A stretch of DNA of 64,000 bases. Source: Novakomyces olei (lineage: Eukaryota). The translations under genes and the position numbers were made by a program. Position 1 is the first letter of the stretch, and the number at the start of each line of letters is the position of its first letter. This document shows, in pieces, positions 40,247-51,970 of the stretch. A model generated the notes under the pieces. That model ran no database searches, was not told the origin of the DNA, and saw only the letters and a program-made list of their open reading frames with translations. The stretch covers positions 186,001 to 250,000 of the forward strand of contig JADEYG010000002.1 in the NCBI GenBank assembly GCA_016906335.1. The letters run 5' to 3'.

Positions 40247-42943
40247 ATGGCGGAAAGTGACACACGGCCTCGAACCAAAAACCCCTTTGCTCCTTATTCC
40301 GCCCGCAACCCTGTGCCGCAGACACAATGGATGGATCAAGAGCGGCAAGCACAGGAGACAGAAATAGCTAAAAAAGAGGAGAAATTGGCAAAAGAGCAGC
40401 AGGGCACTGGAGCAAGCGAGACTCCGGCTCAGGCAAAAGACGGTAAACCTCAGCAACAGCCTCAGACTTCGGGGCAGAGCGCAAGGATCGAAGATGTCCC
40501 AATTATTACGCAGAAAACAAACATGCTATTTCACCCGAGTCCAGAAGTCAATCTGAAGGATGCACTAGGCTTGTTTGCTACCGACATTGATCGGGTTCTG
40601 CTCACAATTGCCGCTGCTATGGTCTTGGTGAACTTTTTCCTTGTTGGTGGAGGCGCTCTTGGGCTGGCGAAGTCGGTTGCTTCTGCGACAGCCGTATATC
40701 TTAGCTCAAAGTATTTGCTAAATGCCTCGGGTCAAATCGACAATTTCTCACAGTCACCGCCTTCGGTAGAGCGGTTAAAGTACGTGCCAGAGTCGGTCGA
40801 ATGGATGAATTCTTTGGTGAATACAATATGGAAAATTGTGGACGAAAATTTGTTCAAGGACGTTGCAGCACAAATAGACGCAACTCTTAAATCCGTCATG
40901 CCTACCGATTCAGTCTCCGTACGAATTGCCGAGATCGGACATGGACAAAACAGTATTCGCGTGCTTTCTATGCGCAGTCTGCCCGACTCGGAGTTTGGTG
41001 ATATGGTTCCAGCGCACGGATACGGCAAAAATATTACAATGGAGGAGAAGAAACAACGTGAGGAGGCTGCTCAGAGGGAAGAAGGCGGGGTCTTTTACAA
41101 TTTGGAACTGGCAATCGCTTATCATGCTCCGGCGTTTGCTAAAAAATCTGAAAAGATGCACTGTAATATTGAAGTGCGATGCTTTGGGATCCCATTGCCC
41201 ATCTACTTTGAGCTCACAGAAATTCTTGCCACTATCAAATTAAGACTACAGTTCAGCTCGGCCCCACCTTTTCTCACTTACGTCACGTTTGCCCTTGCTG
41301 AGACTCCACAGCTGGGTCCATCTGTAACATTAGGTGCTCCCTGGACAATGAACTTGGTAAACGTGCCGGGGATCCATTACCTTTACCACTGGCAATTGGA
41401 ACAACAGCTAAAAGCTTTTGTTCAGCCTCTGAGCCTGGACCTGGATATGACTCAGTACTTGGGCGGATCAAGTATGGTTCATGAGACTGATGCAATAGGC
41501 CTGTTGTTTATAAAAATACATAGAGCAGTTGATCTGCCAAGGCAGGATGCTCGTGGACCGGGTGCTGATCCTTATATTGTTTTGTCCATGAGCCAGTACG
41601 AAAAGCCCATGTACGCAACTCGAATAATCCGGGGCGATCGCAATCCGCAGTGGGGCGAACATACATTTATTCTGGTGCGCCCAGAACACGTAAGGCGAGG
41701 GGAAAATGTGCTGTTACGCGTGTGGGATAGTGATAAATCTTCCGCAGACGACATAACGGGCCAGGTCGAGTTCCCCCTGTATACACTGATTGAAGATCCC
41801 GGACGAATGCAACAGCGAAACGATCGCCTGCTTAACCTTACGGGCGCTGATACGAAGGGCCGTGTTGAGTGGGAGGTGGGATATTATCCCAAATGCTCCC
41901 TCCCACCTGACCTGCGGACAAACGCTACCGATCCACGTGACATTCACGGAAATATAATTCCCGTTTCGGATAGTGAAAAGCAGCAGGATACGCAAAACAC
42001 GAAACCGGATCCCACGTATCCCACGGGAATATTGGGAGTGGCTGTTGACCAATTGGTGGGCATTGCTATAGAAAATCGGGAAAGTACGTCATTGGGGACG
42101 TATGAGCAAACAAAAGTTGATGAGGAGGGCAATGTTGTGGATAGTGAAGACATTGACGTGGGCTACTTGCCCAGCCTTTATTGTACTGTGCACATAAATG
42201 GGAACCTTGTCTACGTTACGCGAACGCGTATGCTTAACAATCAGCCGGTATTTAATAGCAGTGTGGAGTATTTCGTACGCGACTGGACGCGTGCGCAAGT
42301 ACGGATTTCCGTCTATGATGATCGTGGCAAGCACAAGCACGTGCTTGTTGGCAGTGCAGCGTTTTCTGTGGCAGAGACCCTGACAGATTTCAGTACGGTG
42401 ACTAAACTGCACAATCTTTCACACGGAGAGGGTACGGGTAAAGTCAGGTTTTCCCTGATATTTAGAAGCGTTGCCTTGAAGCCTGTGGAAAAGTATCTCA
42501 CTCTACCATCTGGCACTTGGCTCTTTACTGCTCCGATCAGAGTGAGCGGAAAGCATATCGGATCACACAGTAAACTCAAGATTAAAACGAGCGGATCCAC
42601 TTTTCGTATGCCGGACGAAAATACGACTCGGGAGAACGACGATAAGATTGTTTATCACTTTCAACAAGGAGGCTCGGCATTCCAAGTGCAGTACCGACAC
42701 ATGTCGCCTCTCTTGTTTGAACTTAAACGGTCCGGTTTAAAGGCCTCAAAGTTTTACGCTATTCTTTGGCTTACGGACGTACCGGATAACGATAAACGAC
42801 AGTATCGCTTGCCGATTTACAAAACAGATTACCCGCTAAGATTCACTCAAGATTATGGCATAGACGAGCATGACAAATACTGTAAACTGGAAAAAATGGG
42901 TGAAATCGAGTTTGAGGGGCTGTTCAAAAAGGCAGAGGATTGA
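40247..42943 (+). CDS. Mug190-like SMP + C2 domain membrane protein, copy 1 (898 aa)
   Basis: PYSARNPVP, two TM helices, PESVEWMN (SMP start), C2 motifs DPYI, KPMYATRII, VWDSDKSSADD, second C2 FVRDW. Confidence 0.85.
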   Translation: MAESDTRPRTKNPFAPYSARNPVPQTQWMDQERQAQETEIAKKEEKLAKEQQGTGASETPAQAKDGKPQQQPQTSGQSARIEDVPIITQKTNMLFHPSPEVNLKDALGLFATDIDRVLLTIAAAMVLVNFFLVGGGALGLAKSVASATAVYLSSKYLLNASGQIDNFSQSPPSVERLKYVPESVEWMNSLVNTIWKIVDENLFKDVAAQIDATLKSVMPTDSVSVRIAEIGHGQNSIRVLSMRSLPDSEFGDMVPAHGYGKNITMEEKKQREEAAQREEGGVFYNLELAIAYHAPAFAKKSEKMHCNIEVRCFGIPLPIYFELTEILATIKLRLQFSSAPPFLTYVTFALAETPQLGPSVTLGAPWTMNLVNVPGIHYLYHWQLEQQLKAFVQPLSLDLDMTQYLGGSSMVHETDAIGLLFIKIHRAVDLPRQDARGPGADPYIVLSMSQYEKPMYATRIIRGDRNPQWGEHTFILVRPEHVRRGENVLLRVWDSDKSSADDITGQVEFPLYTLIEDPGRMQQRNDRLLNLTGADTKGRVEWEVGYYPKCSLPPDLRTNATDPRDIHGNIIPVSDSEKQQDTQNTKPDPTYPTGILGVAVDQLVGIAIENRESTSLGTYEQTKVDEEGNVVDSEDIDVGYLPSLYCTVHINGNLVYVTRTRMLNNQPVFNSSVEYFVRDWTRAQVRISVYDDRGKHKHVLVGSAAFSVAETLTDFSTVTKLHNLSHGEGTGKVRFSLIFRSVALKPVEKYLTLPSGTWLFTAPIRVSGKHIGSHSKLKIKTSGSTFRMPDENTTRENDDKIVYHFQQGGSAFQVQYRHMSPLLFELKRSGLKASKFYAILWLTDVPDNDKRQYRLPIYKTDYPLRFTQDYGIDEHDKYCKLEKMGEIEFEGLFKKAED

Positions 42944-43738
42944 GGGATTATGCTTGACGTTGTGGAATTTGTTCGTGGAAGATGACTATTATATAAGTAT
43001 GTGTATGCGTCTTTATTACCTCAATCAAGGGCCATGCCTAAGAGATCAAAAGGTTATGAATATGTTATGATTGAGTATAATGATTGCCTTTGAATTTATT
43101 GAAATCTAATGACAGTTTAAAAGCTTAATCGGTTCTGAAAGCGAGGTGAGGCTTGCGTGTGCCACCATTTAATAACAGTAAAGTGAATGCGTTTATACGT
43201 TGCTAGTCTAATTTTGGAGCTTTGTATGTAGAAAATAAACTTCGAGAATAGAATAGGGCTTAAATTACTAAATTGTGAGCAGCAAAGCTAAGCTCGCTTT
43301 TCTCGGGTTCAATCAAGTCCTTATTCTCAAATTCCAGGTCATTATTCTTTTGAATTGCCTATTTAATTGTCTATATTAGATTGGGATATAGGACATAGGA
43401 TTAGTCTATATCTCTATTTAATCAGCTCCTCGGTTAAATAGTACCTGAATATTCGTATGAATTGCCAAGTAAATATGATACGTATTAAAAATTACGTCAC
43501 AATCGCTGGGGTAATGATGATCTCATGCCATATACGCATTTCAAAGCAGCACCAACCAAATCATAACGGAACAAGGCCCCCGCAATTAGCGATAGTCTGA
43601 CGCGCAATTGTACGAGGGAACCACGGCGCCGGTCGGTAATAGTCCCTATTGCAAAGAGACGGAGCAAAGGAAGAAAAAACGGGAAAAGTACTGAAACTCT
43701 TCTAATCATACCGGAACACAGGACGGGCAGAAGAGGCA

Positions 43739-46700
43739 ATGGCGCCTTACAGTTCCCGTAACCCGATCCCTAATGTCCAAAAATTGGCGCAAGAGCTGGC
43801 GGACCGTCTTGATTTGCAGCGAGTGGACCCACTCAAACTCGATGCGAAAGAAAGGCGGGAGTATGAGCACCGACGGACAGTGACTGATCCTACGACGAAA
43901 TCACAGGTAGTCGTGCAGGACGTGGACGCTAGTTTTGAAAGGTCTATTCTACGGCCGCTGATAACAATTCCTCTGGCCAACCTAAACCCTAAGTCTCCGC
44001 CATCACCAAACCATGTGCAAGACGTTCCCGACCCTCAGCTGGCAAAGGGCACGGGCAAATCGTACAGGGAGATTCTGGATGATTTGGCTCCACCGGAAGC
44101 AAACCCGGAAAAAACTGTTCAGGAATACCCCTACAGTACTAAAAAGTGGGTGGTATACTATCCCCGGCCAATATTGGACTTGCCCAAGACCTTTCGCCAA
44201 CTCGAATCTGTGTCTTTTCGCCTGGTATTGGGTGCAATTGCTGTGTTGTTCGTTTTTAATAGAGTCTTTGGCGCACATGGGCTCAAAGGCACTTTGCTTT
44301 GGGTACTGGAGGCAATTATAGTTACTACTGGTATTCGGTTATTGCTTCGACGGGTACAAGAAAATGCTAAAAGCGTTTATTGGTCAGCGGAAAGAGATCG
44401 GGCAAAAGCAGCCATGGACTCTTTGGCCCCGGAAAGTTCTCATTGGCTGAACGAGCTGATTGGAACAGCTTGGAACTTGATTAACCCGGAGATGTTTGAT
44501 TCAATCTCTGATACATTGGAAGATATCATGCAGGCCAGTGTTCCCCGCACTGTAATTGAAAATGTAAAAGTCTCCAGTATCGACCAGGGCGATCACCCTA
44601 TTAAAATTCTTTCCCTGCGATCGCTACCGGACGCTGATGCAAATGCATCATCAAGGCTGGGTGAATACTCGGACGAAGAAAAGGCTAAAATAGCAGAGCA
44701 ACGTAAACTGGAAGGCGAGGACGTTGATGCAGAGTATTATAATTTAGAGGCCAGTTTTGCTTACCGCGCGGTGGCGGCAAAAGGAGTTATTGGTAAATCT
44801 AAAAACATGCACTTGGAAATTGCCTTCTATCTGGGTATACGTGGCCTTGTCGGCGTTGCTCTGCCAATTTTTGCAGAGCTAAAAGGCATTATAGGCACGG
44901 TGAGGATGCGATTCCAGTTCACTAAAGAGCCTCCCTTCATTAAGAACTTTACCCTTACTTTTATGGGTCTGCCCAAGATCGATGTGTCGGCAGTACCTTT
45001 TACCAGCAAAGGCATTAATGTGCTCAATCTACCGTTGATTTCAAGCTTTGTTAATTCAAGTATTGCTGCTGCAATTAACGAATACGTAGCCCCAAGATCC
45101 CTGGTCATGGACCTGTCAAAGATTTTGGCTGGTGACCCTATCAAAAAGGAGACAGATGCAATGGGAATAATACACGTACGGATTCATAATGCCCGGGGAA
45201 TTGCCGCGCAAGACCGGTCGGGTACGTCAGACTGCTACATTACTCTGGCTTACAGCAAATTTGGAAAACCCATGTATTGCACCCGGGTTATTGTGAAAAC
45301 CCTGAACCCGAGCTGGGAAGAAAGTGCATTTTTGCCCGTCCACGCTGATGAAATAAAATCCGGCGAAAAACTGAGCATTCAGCTGTGGGACAGTGACAGA
45401 GTTGGTAAAGATGACGTAGTTGGACGAATTGAATTCGACTTTCATGATGTTGTAAAAATGAATGACGGTAAAATGATCAGGCGAAAGGATTCGCTTATTG
45501 GCGAAGCCGATGGATCTACAATGCCGGGCGAGTTAGATTGGGAAATCGGGTACTTCCCAATTGCCGAGCAAAGCAAAGATTTGCAAACGAGTGGAGAAAA
45601 CATGTCTGTGCCCCAAAAGCTTCGATCACGTGACGAATTTAAAACGAATACGGGTGTCGTTTCCAGCGAGAAGGAGGACCGTGTCGTAACCATCCCGCCT
45701 GACCCAGAACTGCCGAGTGGGATAGTCAGTGTGGTTATTCATCAGATTGAAAATTTGGAGATAGAAAGGCCACGTGGCACCTATGGCGATTACGTAAACT
45801 ACACGCCTGCGCAACAGACTGGGGAAAATGTTTCCGAAGAAGGAACGCATCTGCCTTCTTCCTACTGCTGTATTGCCGTAAATGATGAATTGGCTTTTAA
45901 AACACGCACTAAAATTGCCTCGAGTCGGCCTATTTTTGCCACTCAGACGGAGAGATTTGTAAGGGATTGGAGGAACACTGTCGTTACAGTCGCCTGCCGT
46001 CACAGCGTACACCGTCAACACGACCCACTGTTGGGTCTTGTGAGCCTGAAGCTCTCTGACATTTTGCAAACTGGGTCACAAGTAACCGATATCTTTGCCC
46101 TTGATGGTGGGATCGGGTACGGCCGAATCCATTTGTCCATTCTGTTCAAGAGCGTCAGTCTGCAACTGCCGAGATCTCAATTAGGATGGAATGTGGGATC
46201 GTTTGAGGTGTGCGATGACGAAATCAGGGCTTCGTGCGGAGATGCGGGGGCGGACTCGGTGCTAAAGTCGAGCAGTATTTGTATGAGCACCGACATGTCG
46301 GACGATAAAGTGGCACGCCGCCGCATCTCGCACACCGAGTCTAATTTGGTCTGGAACATTGTGGGCGATCGGTTCCTTATCCCTGTCCGTGATCGGTATG
46401 CCTCGGCAGTTGTGTTTTCTTTTAATAAGCCCCTGCACACCGGTTCGGTTGCGTGGGCTGTCTGCTGGCTCCAGGATTTGTGCGACAATGACGTCACTGA
46501 ATTGGAACTGCCGATCTGGAAAACAGGCAATAGGCTCGGGTTAACGCAAAACTATGAAATTGACACGGCCACTCGGCACTCAGACAGGCCGCCAGAGCGA
46601 GTAGGAACGCTTACATTCAAGGCCAGATTTAAAGCTGGTGTGGACGATACGCACGGAGAAGAATTGCGCACCAATGATGACAGGGAGATGTATGAATTAT

Positions 46701-47293
46701 GGGAAACCTCGGTGGGCGAAGGCTACAGGACGCGGATAGTTAAGCGCGAGACTCCGGAAAATGTGGCCAAGATGAATCGTCGTCGTAGCGAGAGCCATAA
46801 TAGCCAAAGCCAATCTTCAAAGAGCGGGAAGGACGGGTCCAGCTCGGTTGGTGCGCTCGAAAATAATGGGCCCAGCCCTGGTTACTTGAGTTCTACAGAG
46901 ATCGTTCGCGAACGATCGGATTCTTCGTCATTTAAGAATAAATTTGCGCACCAAATGCAAGATGCAATTGCAGACTTTGACCCGAGCGAGCTGGAAGACT
47001 CTTCCGCTTCTTCTGCATCCTCACAGTACTCCAAGGACTCTTCGGTTCCAGGGCTGCCTGAGGATCTGGATGACAGCGATGTTGAGGACGAAAAGCAAAA
47101 ACTGAGAATACAAAAGATTCAAAAACGAATGGAAAAGAACGAGCTGCGTCGAAGACGCCGTGGAATAACGGGATTCAAACTAGTACGCAATGTCCAGTTT
47201 TTCCGTGACGAGCTCAAAGTTGGGTTTCATCAATTGGGTAGTAAACTGGCGCTCAATGGCAGGAAGCCTGACGTTGAATCAGAGATAGCATGA
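43739..47293 (+). CDS. Mug190-like SMP + C2 domain membrane protein, copy 2 (1184 aa)
   Basis: PYSSRNPIP, RTVTDPTT, two TM helices, PESSHWLN, DTLEDIMQASVP, KPMYCTRVI, LWDSDRVGKDD, ERFVRDW, C-terminal ELRRRRRG...PDVESE. Confidence 0.9.
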   Translation: MAPYSSRNPIPNVQKLAQELADRLDLQRVDPLKLDAKERREYEHRRTVTDPTTKSQVVVQDVDASFERSILRPLITIPLANLNPKSPPSPNHVQDVPDPQLAKGTGKSYREILDDLAPPEANPEKTVQEYPYSTKKWVVYYPRPILDLPKTFRQLESVSFRLVLGAIAVLFVFNRVFGAHGLKGTLLWVLEAIIVTTGIRLLLRRVQENAKSVYWSAERDRAKAAMDSLAPESSHWLNELIGTAWNLINPEMFDSISDTLEDIMQASVPRTVIENVKVSSIDQGDHPIKILSLRSLPDADANASSRLGEYSDEEKAKIAEQRKLEGEDVDAEYYNLEASFAYRAVAAKGVIGKSKNMHLEIAFYLGIRGLVGVALPIFAELKGIIGTVRMRFQFTKEPPFIKNFTLTFMGLPKIDVSAVPFTSKGINVLNLPLISSFVNSSIAAAINEYVAPRSLVMDLSKILAGDPIKKETDAMGIIHVRIHNARGIAAQDRSGTSDCYITLAYSKFGKPMYCTRVIVKTLNPSWEESAFLPVHADEIKSGEKLSIQLWDSDRVGKDDVVGRIEFDFHDVVKMNDGKMIRRKDSLIGEADGSTMPGELDWEIGYFPIAEQSKDLQTSGENMSVPQKLRSRDEFKTNTGVVSSEKEDRVVTIPPDPELPSGIVSVVIHQIENLEIERPRGTYGDYVNYTPAQQTGENVSEEGTHLPSSYCCIAVNDELAFKTRTKIASSRPIFATQTERFVRDWRNTVVTVACRHSVHRQHDPLLGLVSLKLSDILQTGSQVTDIFALDGGIGYGRIHLSILFKSVSLQLPRSQLGWNVGSFEVCDDEIRASCGDAGADSVLKSSSICMSTDMSDDKVARRRISHTESNLVWNIVGDRFLIPVRDRYASAVVFSFNKPLHTGSVAWAVCWLQDLCDNDVTELELPIWKTGNRLGLTQNYEIDTATRHSDRPPERVGTLTFKARFKAGVDDTHGEELRTNDDREMYELWETSVGEGYRTRIVKRETPENVAKMNRRRSESHNSQSQSSKSGKDGSSSVGALENNGPSPGYLSSTEIVRERSDSSSFKNKFAHQMQDAIADFDPSELEDSSASSASSQYSKDSSVPGLPEDLDDSDVEDEKQKLRIQKIQKRMEKNELRRRRRGITGFKLVRNVQFFRDELKVGFHQLGSKLALNGRKPDVESEIA

Positions 47294-47519
47294 GTCGCGA
47301 ATGCATTAGTAGATAATTTAATATAGTATCGTATATAAAGGCCGTTAGAGTTTGGATATAATCTTTAAAAAGACGGGAGGTAATTGCAACGACAGTATAA
47401 CTATCTGAGCGCGTTAATATGTCTCTGTATTATTTAGACTAAGTAGAAACGGTCTGGCTTATTGTATGTGTAAATATGGGATATTATTATAAAGTTTTAT
47501 CATGTGTTTACCAATTAAT

Positions 47520-47646
<127 letters not shown>

Positions 47647-47726
47647 TCTATTCAATGAATTATATGTATTAAATAAACTCGCCGTTATATTTTCTTTATG
47701 TTTTATTCAATTAATATTGCCCTTAA

Positions 47727-48783
47727 ATGTATGCGAGCAAGATGGTACAGGCAGCCCGTCGGCCGCGGTTGCCGATAGACGCTAGAATTTTGCATACAAG
47801 AAGCTTTAGTTTTCAGCCTTTGCTGCACGTGGCAGAGTACACGCTTGAATCTGTGCAGGCAGTGTCAGGAGCACCCTGGGCCGTGGCGATTCCTTTGGCA
47901 ACTTTGGCGATTCGTGCAGTGTTTCTTTTACCCTTTCGCGCCTCACGCGTAAACGGACTCGCGAAAATGCAGGAACTGATCAGTTTAAAGGCGGCTTACT
48001 CAATACGCTCCGCTTACTTGTCAAATAAATTAGAGAAAACTGCGCCTGCGTTAGCGCAACAGACAAAACATGAATCTGGACGCGTACTAGACGCCTTAAA
48101 ATGGAGGCAACGACTCGCCTTTACGCAACTGTACTCTCTCACTTTTTTACAGGCTTTAATTTTTGTTTTGGTTTCTTTCACGATTCGTGGGATGGCGGGG
48201 CTTCCTCTCCCCGAGGTAATGGGGACAGTTGGAGTAATGCAGTCATTGCATTCGGGAGGGCTCTGGGGACAGGATCTCACTTTACCAGGGACGACTGCTC
48301 TCATGCCAGGCTCTATTTTTCTTACCGCCTTGGTCAACGCGGAACTTGCCGTGGGGAATGTGCAGAATAAACGGAAAAGCAAGACTGACCAGAAAAGCCC
48401 AGACGTGTCGGCCAGAGAGCTTGTGCCCAGCGTTATTCGCAGCTTGACTATTGGTGCAGGTGCATTTATGGCCTATGTTGCCAACAGCGTGCCTTTGGTA
48501 AGCCTTTTTGAAATTATTTATACGGATTAAATATACTTTGTTGAATGAATTATTACTTTTATTTATTTGTTTGTATATTAAATAAAGAAAGTAACCTGGC
48601 TTTCAATGACGTCTATTGTTGTCCATGTATTTACAGTTTTAGGCTGTGAGCTTGTACTGGCTAAGCACGGGTGTTTTGCTAGCACTAGAAAAAGCTTCAG
48701 GCTTATCGGTTGCTAAACCGGTTCTCCCTGCAACTATAAGCAAAAGCGCATGGCGTTTCAAGGGGAAAAACACACAAAACTAG
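47727..48783 (+). CDS. COX18: Oxa1/YidC-family mitochondrial insertase, Cox18-like, 2 exons
   Basis: Exons 47727-48497 and 48643-48783 (303 aa). Presequence, SGAPWAVAIPLATLAIR, TIRGMAG, GGLWGQDLT, VPLAVSLYWLS. Confidence 0.78.
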
Positions 48784-48983
48784 CGGTGAAACCCTACAGA
48801 AAGGGACCTTTTAATCTTTGCTTCATTGTAAATTTTCACAATGGAATTATAAGCATTATTCGATTAAATGCCAAGAAACAATTGGTATAATACAAATAAA
48901 TAATCCAAACCCTGGAAAAATATTGTGATTGCTGTAAGGTGGCAATGAAAATGTTGCAGCGAAATACACTGAAACTGACTGAA

Positions 48984-51405
48984 TCAAGCAGCATTCATTT
49001 CTTGCATTTGATGTACGATGTCGGCAGAAATAGCAGAATCCTGCTGATTACTCGTATCGTCGTCGTCAAACGCAGCGTAAAACGAGGCCTCGTACTCGCC
49101 GTCATTCGTGACGGCAAAAGAGCTCTGTGACTCTTTACCCTTGTCGGCTTCATCGTCACTCACTTCCTGTCCAAAGAAGTTATCAACCAGATGCTTCACT
49201 ACCTGCCAGCCATAGGCATTGGGAAACATCCGTCTTACAATAATATTATTATGTGCATCTGGCTCCACTTTAACAAGGATCTTGCGCCAGGAAATGTCCG
49301 AGTGCCAACTGCGGGCTATTTTCTCCTCCATTTTCAGCTTTTCCTTGCGATGATGGTTCGAATCTGGCTGTGACTGTCGACCATTGCTTTCTTGCGACGT
49401 GTCTGACACTGCGGATTTGGTGTGAGCAGGCGGAATATCTTGTGGATGGTATATCCGGTCATGAAATATGACATCGGGCCTTTGTGAAGGGTCCCGAATA
49501 TAGGTATTGTCTGGTAAAGGCGGCCTCAGCACACTCGATGCACTCTCAAAGATACTCGTTTTAGGAGGAATTTCGGGCGGTGTATTGCTCGAAGTATGCT
49601 CGCCTGAATCCGTGTTTATAATCTGACTCCGTCGAATATGATGCGGTGATGCGTTGGCATTGTTGGAATGATCTTCTTGTTTTATTAATAAGATTCTGTA
49701 AACGAATACGCATATCAATCGAGTATATTTGATTTATTATTGTATCATTGCATATACTTTTTTCGCCTTTTTTTTTTTTTTTTTTTTTTTAATTTCCTCA
49801 AAGGTCTTTATTCGTTTTATTCACTTACCATTCTTGCTTCCGCCCGTTTTTGGCTTGAAAAAGTTCAGCAGGGAAAAAAGGTTGGGAGCACTTGGATCGT
49901 CCGGCACTGCCTGTGCGCTATTCCGACGGGACTCGGGCCGAGACGGATGACCATCGGCTTTCCCGACTTTTTCACCCGCATCTTCATTAAGCCCGGCAGT
50001 ATTTCTACTGGTAGTTGTCGATGAAGACCGTGAACGCGACCGAATCAACCGTGCCAGATTTTCCTCTGTTCCTTCATCCCAAGCATGAGCAGAAGGCCTT
50101 CGCCTCTGCCGACTATGCATTGAAGGCTCTGGAACTCGAATCTCCTTTGCTCTATCCATTTGCTGTCTTGCTTCTTGTTCTTGCCCTGAGCCCCGACTGC
50201 TGGCGGCCATTGTCCCCAATCCTTCCCAGTCAAGGAAATAAAGGGAAGCAGTTCGCAGTGGAACGATTCCGTCGTTAATTGCGTTCGCATAAAGAGTATG
50301 CGTCTTGAATCTCCGTACAATTTCGTGTGAGGGACTAGACTCTAGAGACATTATTCTCAGCAATGGACGACTGTCCCTGATGACTCGACGATCCCCAACG
50401 TTCGGGGACCGATAAGTGCCATTCGGCTTCCAGGCCAAACCCAAATCCTGCCCGGTTTTGCCCACAAGCCCAAAATCGAGGGCAAATTTTACATAATGGG
50501 GGTTTTCCGAGGCGACACCCAGTAACGGGGACGCTAAGCAAATGAAATGCTCGGGAACGATATGACGAAAAACATAAGCATGGTACGCTTGCAAGTAGCC
50601 CAGGGCGAATACCTGTACCAGGCCGCCAAGCGAATGGCCAATCATACTGAGCCTGGTATAATTAGGCTGTCGTCTACGGAAGCCTGCCGGACTTTTCTGA
50701 CCGGCTCTACTGACCCCAGCACCAGCTTTTTCCTGAAACCCAAGTTCTGAAAGCATCCACTCGGCCATTCGTTTACCCAGCTTTTTAACGCCCTGTTCTG
50801 TTTTACAAACGTTACCCATAAACGCACGAACGACAACCGTCGTCTTGCTGCCATCCTGGCTTTGCCTAACCTTCTCCTCTATTAAATCCTTTAAAAACAG
50901 CATATCCGCAGAAGCGTTCGAGTGTAGGCCGTGAGTCAATACGACAAGATGTACGTCTTTGCCCTCTGTGTTTTCCGGAAACGCGTCCGGTGGAATTGCC
51001 CAAAGAGCACTCGTATCCTGCTCAGATACGATCAACGAATCGGCCTCTGATTTTAATCGATCGCCGTTCGCATTAGCGAGAGCGCGTGCGCTTTCCTTTG
51101 TGCGCGCAATCGTAATCGTATACGATACCGTAGCACTATCGGAAAAAATGACCTGTGACGTAATCTCAATGATCCACGTGTGCGGCGACTTTCTGATGGG
51201 CAATTGCACCCAAAACGATGAAGACGTTTTCAGCCCGGGATCGTATTCATACAAGACTTGGTCCGAGTTGAAGGCGTAAGGATTGAACTCGGCATCGCGC
51301 ACAGATACACAGAGGATAAAGGGGCCGTTCAAGTAAGCCGGCCGCAGAAGATTCTGGACTTTGTTAGCATGATAAAGGCATTCGGGTAATTGATAAGGCA
51401 GACGA

Positions 51406-51436
<31 letters not shown>

Positions 51437-51629
51437 ATTAAAATAAACTCTTTAAACCCAGAAAATCCAAATCAAACCGTGTCCATACAGACGTAGTGTT
51501 ACGGATACGCAGCCATATACTGTCAGGCGGGCCGTAAGCGTCGCTCCCAGGGTCGTACGAGTAAGTCACAGAGTACCGTACACTCTGCCCGACGCCGACA
51601 GAGCCGCTTGAATGGTACCCGAGCCTCAT
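48984..51629 (-). CDS. DUF676 alpha/beta-hydrolase lipase (Rog1-like), 3 exons
   Basis: Exons 51629-51489, 51353-49829, 49675-48984 (785 aa). LRPAYLNGPF, HLVVLTHGLHSN, GHSLGGL nucleophile, ASPLLG, NDGIVPLRTAS, DAHNNIIVRRMFPNAYGW. Confidence 0.9.
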
Positions 51630-51970
51630 CTCATGTCTCTGCGTAGTATATATCTGTGGCCCGTGCTCGTATTATTCGCCGATGGTAATATTAAATTAAT
51701 TATGATTAATTATTAAAATTGTTCCAGTATGGCCGGCGATCAGTATGCCCTGCACTATTATTTCTTGTATAAATTCTGTTTAATAATAATAATAATAATT
51801 GCGTCTTTACACAATACAATGATATAATTATAACGCTCGTACTACGTAACAAAAATAAAATAACGTAATTTTTCTTCTGTCTCAATCCTACAATTGTCTC
51901 GTCTAATAATTATCTATTTTTTTTTATTAGAGCCGAGTGACCGACTGTCCTACTTTGGGAGACGCAGAGT

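Noticed and set aside
43300..43320. tRNA/B-box-like GGTTCAATC
   Set aside because: No A box or cloverleaf can be formed around it.
43514..43600. Possible box C/D snoRNA (ATGATGA at 43514, CTGA at 43597)
   Set aside because: No terminal stem and no convincing rRNA-complementary guide next to the D box. A snoscan or Rfam search would be needed.
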